Virus record (IMG/VR): IMGVR_UViG_3300042010_000106
Coordinates: 62,001-126,000 of that record
Strand: one strand, 5' to 3'
DNA length: 64,000 nucleotides
In this document: positions 1 to 8,705 of the stretch, one piece after another
Layout of the letters: every line of letters begins with the position of its first letter
Numbering within the stretch: the first letter of the stretch is position 1
Position numbers and translations under genes: made by a program
The notes under the pieces: model-generated
Databases searched by the model: none
Told to the model about the DNA's origin: nothing
What the model saw: only the letters and a program-made list of their open reading frames with translations

Positions 1-74
1 GGCGCCGACCAAGTTACCGAGTGGGAACTTGAAGGCAAAGATTTGAACGACATTCAGTATTGAGGGAAATCGAA

Positions 75-422
75 ATGAGCAATGACGCTTATTTTCAAAA
101 GAAGTGGGAAGAGTGCCAAAGCAATTTGTGCACCGGCTGCGAATTCTGCAACAACTGCAAGCACGGCACCGACCACAATACGTGCGAAGAGTGCAACCCG
201 CCTGTGGTGCATTTGTGCAAGCACGGCAACGGCGACGATTGCGAAACCTGCGAAGAAATCCAGCAGGCAAAAGACGACGCCGACGCGTACGAAGAATCGG
301 AATGCGAACACGGTGTTTCCGGTAGCTGTTGGGATTGCGCGGCAGAAGACGACCGACTGGCGCAGCACGCTCGCGACCGTGACGATTGGAATCACTTTCA
401 CCCTGTAGGAGATTCGGAATAA
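75..422 (+). CDS. Cys/His-rich putative metal-binding protein with three CxHG-x4/5-CxxC units
   Basis: CKHGTDHNTCEEC, CKHGNGDDCETC, CEHGVSGSCWDC; ATG 75 after GAGGG. Confidence 0.7.
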   Translation: MSNDAYFQKKWEECQSNLCTGCEFCNNCKHGTDHNTCEECNPPVVHLCKHGNGDDCETCEEIQQAKDDADAYEESECEHGVSGSCWDCAAEDDRLAQHARDRDDWNHFHPVGDSE

Positions 423-616
423 TGATTTTTCTGGTCAACGATAAAACGCTGTGCAAAGCAGTGATTCACGGAACGGATGCCAGCGAAGAAATTGCAGCGG
501 GCTACCGTGTGGTAACGACCGAGGAATGGGACGCGTTCAAAACCGGATCGCAACTGAAACGCGAAAAGGTGCAGAAGCCTATTTACAAGCAACGCGCCAA
601 GAAAGAAAAGTCCTGA
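422..616 (+). CDS. hypothetical protein
   Basis: TAATG coupling to upstream gene. Confidence 0.6.
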   Translation: MIFLVNDKTLCKAVIHGTDASEEIAAGYRVVTTEEWDAFKTGSQLKREKVQKPIYKQRAKKEKS

Positions 617-627
617 GCCGAACTTCG

Positions 628-651
628 TTGTGCATTCTTGCGAGTGCACAG
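628..651 (+). promoter_or_regulatory. intergenic stem-loop upstream of ACP-fusion RBS
   Basis: TTGTGCATTC-TTGC-GAGTGCACAG inverted repeat, no U-tract. Confidence 0.45.
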
Positions 652-679
652 CCGAGACAAAACACAGGAGCAACAAAAC

Positions 680-1411
680 GTGTCTGCAAAAACTAGCCTG
701 CAAAAAGAAGCAGAGAAAACGCACAAACGCATTCTGACAATTCTGTCTGAACAGTTGGGCGTTAAGGAAACCGAGTTGTCGCTAGAAAGCACCATGGCAG
801 ACCACGGCGGTGATTCCCTCGACGCTGTTGAAATCATCATGGCGCTTGAGGAAGAATTCGAAGTCGAAATCACCGACTGCGAAATGGACAAGATCAAAAC
901 GCCGCGCCAAGTAGTCGCGTTGATTCTGCCAAAGATTCACCTGCCAAGTCTTTCGTTCGATGACGCGTATATAGCTGCCTCCGAGCTGGAAGACATAAAG
1001 CCAACGAAGAAAAAACCGGCAGATAAAAAACCAGCACTGAAGAAAGTGGTACTCGCTGACGGTGCAACGTTGGTTCCCGGCGAGTCACGCAAACGGCACC
1101 TCGACGATTTGTTCGAATACACCATGAGCGATTCCGCCATGATGGAATTCGTGAAAGCCTTCAACACGGTTTTCAGCAATTCGGAATCTGCTTACCTGTA
1201 CGCTAGCAGAACGCCGAACGACAGCGATGCGTGGCGGATTCAAATGACAACCCGTCTGTCTGGTGAAGCCGTGGACGCAATTGCGCGCTTTGTAGAAGAC
1301 GCCGGTTTCTCTTTCGTCAAATCCACCGAACACACGGTGCGATTGCACGGCAGTAACCACGTCGGCATTGTCACAGCGATTCACCTGTCACTGACAACGT
1401 ACGGCCTCTAA
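680..1411 (+). CDS. acpP: acyl carrier protein (AcpP-like) domain fused to unknown C-terminal domain
   Basis: ILSEQLGV...GGDSLDAVEIIMALEEEFEVEITD matches type II ACP with phosphopantetheine Ser (codon 815-817); GTG 680 after AGGAG. Confidence 0.85.
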   Translation: MSAKTSLQKEAEKTHKRILTILSEQLGVKETELSLESTMADHGGDSLDAVEIIMALEEEFEVEITDCEMDKIKTPRQVVALILPKIHLPSLSFDDAYIAASELEDIKPTKKKPADKKPALKKVVLADGATLVPGESRKRHLDDLFEYTMSDSAMMEFVKAFNTVFSNSESAYLYASRTPNDSDAWRIQMTTRLSGEAVDAIARFVEDAGFSFVKSTEHTVRLHGSNHVGIVTAIHLSLTTYGL

Positions 1412-1422
1412 GGAAAGAAATC

Positions 1423-1758
1423 ATGGTTCGCGAAAAACTTTACATCGGCTCCAAAGTTATCGTCTGGAAAAACAAAAACACGTGGGACGACGACGCTGTA
1501 CAGTTCATGGTTCCTCAAACTGCAATTCTGTTTGAGCGCGACCGGGACACATTGTCTGACGACGGGTACGGCGAACACTACGGCGTACTGTTTTTGAACG
1601 ACGACGGCAGCGCCTCACATTTCGAATGGTGGGTTGAGGGTGACGAATGCGTGTTGGTCGATAACGAGCTGATCGCGAACCAAGATTTCATTTACGCAAA
1701 TCGCGGTTTGCTGGAAACGTGCGACGGCGAAGACGAACCGGACGAAGACGAATTGTAA
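1423..1758 (+). CDS. acidic hypothetical protein
   Basis: AAGGA RBS, phage-like codon usage. Confidence 0.7.
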   Translation: MVREKLYIGSKVIVWKNKNTWDDDAVQFMVPQTAILFERDRDTLSDDGYGEHYGVLFLNDDGSASHFEWWVEGDECVLVDNELIANQDFIYANRGLLETCDGEDEPDEDEL

Positions 1759-1787
1759 TCCACGAATTTTGCTAAGGACACATTGAC

Positions 1788-2735
1788 ATGACTATCAAAC
1801 TGAAAGATTTGCGCGCTCGCTTTCCGCAGTACCACGTAAACAAATCGGCCATCGGCGACGATTTCTGTTTCAGCATGAAAGGCATTCGCGCAGACGAAGC
1901 CGACTACGCGTACCTGTCGATTCGCAACAACGAATACAAAAGCGCAGCACGGCTTTTCCTGTTCCCAACGAAAAACAAACCGTGTGTTCCGTTCGCCGAA
2001 CAGGCCAGCTACAAATCGTACCACGCACTGAAAAAAGAATTGGTGCGCAACGGTGCGAAGTCGAAAGACATCACGAAAGACGACCTGCGCAAAAAGATGG
2101 ATGACGTTCTGGAAGAGGACGCCATGGAAATGCTCGACGTTCTGGAAGCGCATATGGCTGACGTGCTTTACAAACAGGATTGGTTGCACGTTTTCCTGTT
2201 GCCGAAACACAAAGCGCGGTTCGGTTATGACGACGGCACCATTGCAACCCGACGCGCCGCAGAGTTCGGTAACGATGTCGAAGCCAAAGCCCCTGTAAGC
2301 GTGTGTGAGACGGAATCGGCAGAAACCTGTGTCGGCGTTGATCCTGCCCGCGCTCGCTTCGTGGCTGACTTCACACGCGGTCTGGCGAAGGTTGATACGG
2401 TCGGGCCTACTGCCTACGATACAGCGCGTTGCATTCTGGAAGCGGTACGCGTTTACGAATCGTCTTACGATCACGAAGGCGCCGACGCCGAAACAAAACG
2501 TGTGTCCGACGCAAACGTCGCACTGCGCGCCGAAGCTGCACTGACTGGTCGTGAATTGAAACTGAGTGAAATGCAGTGGGGCTTTTACGAAAAGTATCAG
2601 CGCCTCACAATTCGCGAAGCGGTTGAAGCTGTCGTTCCTGAAAACTTTGTGCAGCCGGTTTACCTGCTGATCAAATACACGTGGAACGAATCGCTCGATT
2701 GGGCAAAAGAAATCATTTCTCACGAAGGGGAATAA
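1788..2735 (+). CDS. hypothetical protein (315 aa)
   Basis: long ORF, TAAGGA RBS. Confidence 0.75.
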   Translation: MTIKLKDLRARFPQYHVNKSAIGDDFCFSMKGIRADEADYAYLSIRNNEYKSAARLFLFPTKNKPCVPFAEQASYKSYHALKKELVRNGAKSKDITKDDLRKKMDDVLEEDAMEMLDVLEAHMADVLYKQDWLHVFLLPKHKARFGYDDGTIATRRAAEFGNDVEAKAPVSVCETESAETCVGVDPARARFVADFTRGLAKVDTVGPTAYDTARCILEAVRVYESSYDHEGADAETKRVSDANVALRAEAALTGRELKLSEMQWGFYEKYQRLTIREAVEAVVPENFVQPVYLLIKYTWNESLDWAKEIISHEGE

Positions 2736-2736
2736 A

Positions 2737-3081
2737 ATGCAACGTCCACCGGAACAAATCGCTTTCGAAACGATGGCAAAGAATGGCGGGTTTCTTCTGA
2801 ATCAACACCCGCTGCATTATTTGTTCAGCGACGAAAAAACCGCAGCGCTGCGCACCGGCTGGAACAAAGGCCGTGCGTACGAACAGCGTAGTGAAGAGCG
2901 CAATTTCCTGTTCACCATTCGTTGGAACGAATACGACGAACGCGGCCAAGTATCGCGCCCGCACGAAACCGAATACCAAGTGACTGCATTGACCGAAGGC
3001 AAAGCGTGGTTCATGGTCGGACAAGTGTTCAACAATATCGGCATCGACTACGAAATTTCGCTGGCGCTGAATCTCGGTTAG
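2737..3081 (+). CDS. hypothetical protein
   Basis: abuts upstream gene, GGGG RBS. Confidence 0.7.
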   Translation: MQRPPEQIAFETMAKNGGFLLNQHPLHYLFSDEKTAALRTGWNKGRAYEQRSEERNFLFTIRWNEYDERGQVSRPHETEYQVTALTEGKAWFMVGQVFNNIGIDYEISLALNLG

Positions 3082-3092
3082 ATAAGCTGCTG

Positions 3093-3118
3093 ATGCACAT
3101 TCGAAACTGAGTGTGCAT
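3093..3118 (+). promoter_or_regulatory. intergenic stem-loop
   Basis: ATGCACATTC-GAAACT-GAGTGTGCAT inverted repeat, no U-tract. Confidence 0.45.
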
Positions 3119-3146
3119 TGGAGTAAAATCAAATCGGAGAATTATC

Positions 3147-3428
3147 ATGGCTTCTGCAACAGTAAAAAGTAGTGCTGCACTGGAAGACGAAACCGAAATT
3201 CGTTTTTCGCTCGACGACGAAGGCCGACCGGTTACGCACCTGTCTACGCAAATGAGCATCGACGCGCAATTGCAGGAATTGTTTCGCACGCACATGTACG
3301 GTTATCGTCGCCAGTTCGACGGAATGAAACTTGTGCATAAATTCACGATTCAGCGCGAAGATCCTTGTTCGCCTGTGCTGCTGGAAGGTGCATATTTGGT
3401 AATCGAGACTACATTCTCGCCGTCCTAG
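3147..3428 (+). CDS. hypothetical protein
   Basis: GGAG RBS before ATG 3147. Confidence 0.65.
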   Translation: MASATVKSSAALEDETEIRFSLDDEGRPVTHLSTQMSIDAQLQELFRTHMYGYRRQFDGMKLVHKFTIQREDPCSPVLLEGAYLVIETTFSPS

Positions 3429-3508
3429 AACGTCCACGCTGCACGCAAACGCTTGTATGAGCAAGTTTTCAACGGCCCAATAGGTTGTATTTGAAAAGGA
3501 GTTTTGTT

Positions 3509-3883
3509 GTGTCTTACGGAATTTATTTGAATCAAATCCCCGGCATCATGTACACGACTGGAAGCGACAGTTTGCAATTCCAGTACGTGAAAGACGGGCG
3601 CACCTACAACATTCAAACCGGTCACACCACAATCGACAAACTGAGTGCGCTGGAAAGCTGGCGCAGCGCGGTGTGGATGTACAAGGGTGAAACACCGGAA
3701 GGCGTTTTGGTATTTGAGTACAACGCACCGAATCCAGAAAATCTGGTAGACGTTGAACCGATGCTGCATACGCTCTACCCTGAAAGCTTTATGTGGATCA
3801 CTCCGAAAGGTCTGCCACGTCCACAACCCACGCTGTGGGCGCCGCTGACCGCACCAGCGAAGCGCTACGCGGCTGAACTGTAA
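3509..3883 (+). CDS. hypothetical protein
   Basis: AAGGAG RBS before GTG 3509. Confidence 0.65.
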   Translation: MSYGIYLNQIPGIMYTTGSDSLQFQYVKDGRTYNIQTGHTTIDKLSALESWRSAVWMYKGETPEGVLVFEYNAPNPENLVDVEPMLHTLYPESFMWITPKGLPRPQPTLWAPLTAPAKRYAAEL

Positions 3884-3905
3884 ACTACAACGAAAGGGAT
3901 AACGT

Positions 3906-4109
3906 ATGCAGAGCATTGAACAGTTCGAAAACATCATTGGCATGGATTTGTGCGCGGCCATTGCCGAAGTGACGCACACGGCGATTTGCACCAAGCGTTT
4001 GCCGCACAACGTGCCCGACTACAGCAAGCACGACAAAACCGTTTTGCTCGACGCGCTGATTGCCCGTCTGGAAAACGTGAAGACCCGCATCAATTTGGAG
4101 ATTGCATAA
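3906..4109 (+). CDS. hypothetical protein
   Basis: fills gap, RBS AAGGG. Confidence 0.6.
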   Translation: MQSIEQFENIIGMDLCAAIAEVTHTAICTKRLPHNVPDYSKHDKTVLLDALIARLENVKTRINLEIA

Positions 4110-4694
4110 ATGTACGTTGATTTGTCCACGTCGCAATATATTCCGTTCGGCAAAATGCTCGGCCATCTGTATTACCAAAACCAAGCGCTGCTTGCGCTGG
4201 CACCGGGCCGCAACGGTTATCCACACAACGGCGGTGAACACACGCTGAGCCTGTGCGGCACCAAAGAAGACATCAATGCGTTTCTGGATTTGGTTACTGA
4301 AAAATATCCGTACGTGTTGTGCGAAGCTACCAAGATTCAAATGGCTGTGCGTGAATGGAAAGAAGGCGACCCCATTCTGAAAGCGAAGAAACTTTTCTCG
4401 CAACACATTTACGACTACCACAAAACGTATCAGTACAAAGTGCTTGAAGACATCGTGCACTTTTACCCACGGCCCGGTTTCACACATCAAGAATTCGCGC
4501 TTGAAGCGATTTGCCATCTGGAATTGATCACGGGTTGGGCCATCGACGATTTGCAAATCGACACCGCTGGCATCGTGCACTTCGACGATTTCATGACCGT
4601 TGAAATTTTCCGCCGTGACACAACGGAAAGTTATCGCGCTCGCATTCAAAAGGAACACGCGGGCATCGCTGCGCTTTATGGTGACAGTGAATGA
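4110..4694 (+). CDS. hypothetical protein
   Basis: abuts upstream stop, GGAG RBS. Confidence 0.7.
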   Translation: MYVDLSTSQYIPFGKMLGHLYYQNQALLALAPGRNGYPHNGGEHTLSLCGTKEDINAFLDLVTEKYPYVLCEATKIQMAVREWKEGDPILKAKKLFSQHIYDYHKTYQYKVLEDIVHFYPRPGFTHQEFALEAICHLELITGWAIDDLQIDTAGIVHFDDFMTVEIFRRDTTESYRARIQKEHAGIAALYGDSE

Positions 4695-5062
4695 GTTTTG
4701 AACTGACCCGCATAACCCACTGGAAAGATCGCGGCTACGGTTATTGCGGCGTAATCACTTGTGTTGGCCTTACCGTTCCTGAATCGCTCGACATGGAATT
4801 GCCTGTACTGCCTGAAGGTTGGGAGTGGGGCCAGTTCATGCGAATGCGTAACGCGAAAGAAGGCCCGCCACGCAAAGTGATTTTCTGGCGCAGTGACACA
4901 ATCATTCATTTCGATTGTCATTGCAGCAAAGAGGTTTGGGAAACCCGTGAAGAAAATTGCCCGATCAAAATCATTAAAGCAGCCGCTGAAGAACATGCAA
5001 AGAATGGCAAGCTCAAAGGTAATGACTGGCTTGAGCAGTGGATCAATTTACTCGACCGTTAA
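4691..5062 (+). CDS. hypothetical protein
   Basis: ATGA overlap. Confidence 0.7.
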   Translation: MSFELTRITHWKDRGYGYCGVITCVGLTVPESLDMELPVLPEGWEWGQFMRMRNAKEGPPRKVIFWRSDTIIHFDCHCSKEVWETREENCPIKIIKAAAEEHAKNGKLKGNDWLEQWINLLDR

Positions 5063-5071
5063 GGGGAATGT

Positions 5072-5926
5072 ATGAAAACTGAAGAAAAGAAAATCAAATT
5101 CGGCCCCGGCCATTTTCCAATCGGCACCATCGCCCGCGTTCAAGTGATGGAAGAACCTTACGACTTTCGCGTGGATCGAATTTTCGAACAAAGCGCGCAG
5201 GGTTGGATTCTGGAATCGGATCTAAACCCGAGTGAAGTCACAGGCAAACGCTGCATCAACGTCGGTTGGGTTATCGGTATCGTTTCGCGTGGCACCGGTC
5301 ATTGCAATGTCGTGCCGTATCACGAACCTGTGAAGTTCACGCAGAAGCGTTTCGAAAAACAGGAACCGTATGCAGAACGTTGTGCAGCGTACGGCGTAGG
5401 TAAAAACGAATATCTGTTCGATGACGTCATTAGCGACATTCGTTCAATCGTTTACCACTACCCGCAGTACGCGCACCTCGGCCAGCAGCACCTGTACGAC
5501 TTCAATGCAATTGCTGGCGAAGTCTTGCGGCATGCGCGCCAGCAAACGTGGTACGCCGTAATCATCAACAAAAAGAAATTCCATCGCGTGCTGAAAGCTG
5601 CGCTGGCTCGCTTCAAAGAATCCCGCGCCAAATGCGAAAAGCTGTATCGTGAAGAACAGCAGCGTTGGGGCGATGAACTGATGCGCGACATGTACGATCA
5701 CGACGACGATATGTTGGACGACGAAGAACGAAAAGTTCTGGCCGAACAACACGAACAAGAAGAAAACATTTTTCAGAATGACGGTCTGGACGACGCGCAT
5801 TTTGAGTGTATGTTGGGTGGCGAAGAGCCGTTGCATGACACACCTGAAGATTTGGCGGAATCGTACAACCCGCACGGTGAATCGAACACCATCGTTATGG
5901 ACAACACTTACATGGTACGCAAATGA
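5072..5926 (+). CDS. hypothetical protein with acidic C-terminus (284 aa)
   Basis: AAGGGG RBS, long ORF. Confidence 0.75.
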   Translation: MKTEEKKIKFGPGHFPIGTIARVQVMEEPYDFRVDRIFEQSAQGWILESDLNPSEVTGKRCINVGWVIGIVSRGTGHCNVVPYHEPVKFTQKRFEKQEPYAERCAAYGVGKNEYLFDDVISDIRSIVYHYPQYAHLGQQHLYDFNAIAGEVLRHARQQTWYAVIINKKKFHRVLKAALARFKESRAKCEKLYREEQQRWGDELMRDMYDHDDDMLDDEERKVLAEQHEQEENIFQNDGLDDAHFECMLGGEEPLHDTPEDLAESYNPHGESNTIVMDNTYMVRK

Positions 5927-6411
5927 CAATTCAACGTTCCGAAACATTTAACGCATTCATTGAAACCCTAGTTGGCATTTACCAAAGCAACGAAACGTCT
6001 CGATGTATCTGTAGTGTGCGTATGTTCGAAACGCTTTTCTATCAGCACACGAAAGAAAAGATGGAACGTCACACCCGGCAAATCATCCGCAACGAAATGA
6101 AACGTCGCGGGTACAAAGTCGTTATCGGCCTCGACGTGAGCATTACAAAATTGCCCGTCGTCGAAGTGCCGGTTAAACAATGGCCGATGTTGATTGAAAC
6201 TCTGGTCAACCGGCTGCAAATAAAAGCCAAAGCATCGCCGACACACCGCATGCGTTTCACCCTCAAGCAGTTTCAGGACTTCGCCACCATCTGGCCGACT
6301 GCAAAAGAGTTTGAAGCAAAAGTGGTTGCGGAACTGCGCAAGGTTCGATTGATCGTTTACTTCCATTCGAACCATGTAATCGTTGTGAAGGAAACCCCAT
6401 GTACCCCGTGA
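5923..6411 (+). CDS. hypothetical protein, apparent internal two-domain duplication
   Basis: FIETLV...EMKRRGYKVV vs LIETLV...ELRKVRLIV. Confidence 0.65.
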   Translation: MTIQRSETFNAFIETLVGIYQSNETSRCICSVRMFETLFYQHTKEKMERHTRQIIRNEMKRRGYKVVIGLDVSITKLPVVEVPVKQWPMLIETLVNRLQIKAKASPTHRMRFTLKQFQDFATIWPTAKEFEAKVVAELRKVRLIVYFHSNHVIVVKETPCTP

Positions 6412-6884
6412 TGATTTTAACCATCGTGTTCGGCGCTCTGGCGCACGTACACGGCGCGTTCTGGTTCGCACTGGTGCCGTGCCTTGTCTTGCTGGCGTTC
6501 TACGCTCACACGTACGTATACGGCGACTGGACGCACGAAGGTTGGTACGACCGGTTGTATGTGCGGGCAAAGATTACCGATAGTGATTATTTCGTCATTG
6601 ATCGCAAAGGCAGCAAGCGCGTTCAGTGGGTTGAAATCGGTACGGTACATCAAAAAGAAAAATCGCTGTTCACATTCACGCTTGGCTGCTTCACGTTTCA
6701 AGTGGGTATGCAGCCTGCGTGGATGACTCACGATTTCATGAACGAGAAAAAAGAAAAAGTTTTCCGTACAGAAACCAAACGGGAAATGAACCCGGAGGAA
6801 CTGGCGGCGTTTCACGAAGGCTTCAGTCATTTCGATAAAGCCTTTAAAAGCTTCGGCAAGATTTGGGGAAGGGACGGAAAATGA
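6399..6884 (+). CDS. membrane protein
   Basis: two N-terminal hydrophobic segments. Confidence 0.7.
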   Translation: MYPVMILTIVFGALAHVHGAFWFALVPCLVLLAFYAHTYVYGDWTHEGWYDRLYVRAKITDSDYFVIDRKGSKRVQWVEIGTVHQKEKSLFTFTLGCFTFQVGMQPAWMTHDFMNEKKEKVFRTETKREMNPEELAAFHEGFSHFDKAFKSFGKIWGRDGK

Positions 6885-7279
6885 AACTTTCGTACGAAGA
6901 AATAATTGAGCTGGACAAAAACCTGCTGCACATTGACGACGAAACTTTCAGCGAATCTTTACGTGCTGAAGTGCGCCGCCATCTGAACGAGCTGTTCACC
7001 GATCACGGCAATTTCAAGCAGCGCAATTTCGACTCGCACCGCAACTATCGCCATGGTTACAACGAAGCTGTTCTGCCATGGCAAATGGAGTGCAGACGTT
7101 TGCACGAATTCCTGTTCGACGACGTTGGCAATCTGCGTGAAATCATTGCGCACCAACTGCCTAGCGTAATTGACGAACGCGGTTTCAGTTGGAAGAGCAA
7201 AGCGGTGCATCTGCATTACGCCGACATGCACGGCCAGCAAACCAGCGGTTCCTATCCGGCAACGTGGATGGATAAATAA
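6881..7279 (+). CDS. hypothetical protein
   Basis: ATGA overlap. Confidence 0.65.
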   Translation: MKLSYEEIIELDKNLLHIDDETFSESLRAEVRRHLNELFTDHGNFKQRNFDSHRNYRHGYNEAVLPWQMECRRLHEFLFDDVGNLREIIAHQLPSVIDERGFSWKSKAVHLHYADMHGQQTSGSYPATWMDK

Positions 7280-7280
7280 A

Positions 7281-7556
7281 ATGGCAATGTTAAATATTGA
7301 AGTGAGTGGCCCCGAACAATATCTGCTGAATGTGTACGGCAACGAGATTTCGGAAATTCGTGAAGCTATCGAAGCACGAATCAAAAGCAGTCGTTTTTCT
7401 ACCGAAGACGACGGCGACCGTTATCTGGAATTGGGCGTGTACATCCCAAGCTATCTGGAAAAAATGTTTGAGCGTCTGTACGTGACTGAGGCCGGTTGGT
7501 CGCACCTGCATACGGGTTACGAAACGGCGCGATTGTATCCGCCTGCGTTGCGCTAA
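7281..7556 (+). CDS. hypothetical protein
   Basis: abuts upstream stop. Confidence 0.6.
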   Translation: MAMLNIEVSGPEQYLLNVYGNEISEIREAIEARIKSSRFSTEDDGDRYLELGVYIPSYLEKMFERLYVTEAGWSHLHTGYETARLYPPALR

Positions 7557-7777
7557 TGCGTAAGGTCATAAAGCCCGCAGACGATCCTAGCGGCCTGTTA
7601 GAAGTTGATTCGACTACGGGCCAGCATTATTGGATGGGGAGCCGTATAAGCGCGTGTGAGGCTTGCGGCGTTGTCGTAACGAACGTTGATGATTGCGGCC
7701 ACTTCGGCGACCCGACTTGTCCTGTGTTCGGGCGCGGTGTTGATCCAGACGAAGAGCCGCGCAAATTGAAAGGATAG
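7556..7777 (+). CDS. small Cys-containing protein (CEAC...CGH...C)
   Basis: TAATG coupling; putative Zn ligands. Confidence 0.55.
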   Translation: MRKVIKPADDPSGLLEVDSTTGQHYWMGSRISACEACGVVVTNVDDCGHFGDPTCPVFGRGVDPDEEPRKLKG

Positions 7778-7785
7778 GAGGCTGT

Positions 7786-8439
7786 ATGTTGTCTAATATC
7801 GAAATCAGTGATTTTAAACTTCAGCAAAAGATCGAAGCTTTGCTGGAAGAACTCAACATGGAAGCCCGTCACCACTCCTACAACGGTTACTGTAAATACC
7901 GGGAAGTGGCCGAGGTTCAAAAGGAACTGCATACAGTCATTATGCAGAGCCTGCTTGATCGTGATTTGGAAATCGAGCGTCTGCAAAAAGAACTCGTTCC
8001 ATACCACCGGCGCGATAGTGTGGAAGCACACAACGCAAAACAAAAAGCAAAAGTCGAATTCGTTTTGGATTTGCTTTTCCCGCATGACAGTTACGACAAA
8101 GGCGGTGTGCCGCGTGAGCTTCGCCATCCTGAAAAATACTGGTGGTGGAATGGCTGGTCGCTTCTTGAAGAAAGTGACCCGAACGAAGTAACCGGCAATA
8201 TCAGTGTGGAAGTTGAAAGCTACATTGGTGGCGGTGAAAACGAAAAATTCTCTTTCGATATTCTCGGCGAATGGATCGAACCGGACGACCACGAAGAAAT
8301 CAAAGCGCGTGTGCATGCGTGGTGTCGTACAAGCTACGCAGAAAGGCAGCAAGCCGATCAGGCTAAGCAGCGCAAAGATGCACAGCGCCAAATCGAAGAA
8401 GCCCAACGCACCATCGACCGCCTGAGTGGGAAAGCGTAA
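7786..8439 (+). CDS. hypothetical coiled-coil protein
   Basis: AGGAGG RBS. Confidence 0.75.
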   Translation: MLSNIEISDFKLQQKIEALLEELNMEARHHSYNGYCKYREVAEVQKELHTVIMQSLLDRDLEIERLQKELVPYHRRDSVEAHNAKQKAKVEFVLDLLFPHDSYDKGGVPRELRHPEKYWWWNGWSLLEESDPNEVTGNISVEVESYIGGGENEKFSFDILGEWIEPDDHEEIKARVHAWCRTSYAERQQADQAKQRKDAQRQIEEAQRTIDRLSGKA

Positions 8440-8691
8440 ATGCCCCGCGTAGCAAACTACCTGATTCATGCGTCCGGCTCGCTGACTAAGCTGGCTCAAG
8501 AATTGGAAACACGTAAACGTTTCTTGAGTGACGACGAAGTAAAAAGTCTGGCGTTGCTCGCGTATGAGGTTTCGCAATTGCGTGATAACTGCATACGGCG
8601 TTTACGTGCCGAGGGTAAGACCCACGAAGAAATCGCAAAGCTGTTCAAAATTAGCGCAAGCCGCGTATGTCAAATCAACGCAAGTAAATAA
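8440..8691 (+). CDS. small HTH DNA-binding protein (sigma region-4-like)
   Basis: RDNCIRRLRAEGKTHEEIAKLFKISASRVCQI. Confidence 0.7.
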   Translation: MPRVANYLIHASGSLTKLAQELETRKRFLSDDEVKSLALLAYEVSQLRDNCIRRLRAEGKTHEEIAKLFKISASRVCQINASK

Positions 8692-8705
8692 CTAGGAAGC
8701 AACAA

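Noticed and set aside
8440-8691. Phage sigma factor
   Set aside because: Only 83 aa with a region-4-like HTH; no region 2.
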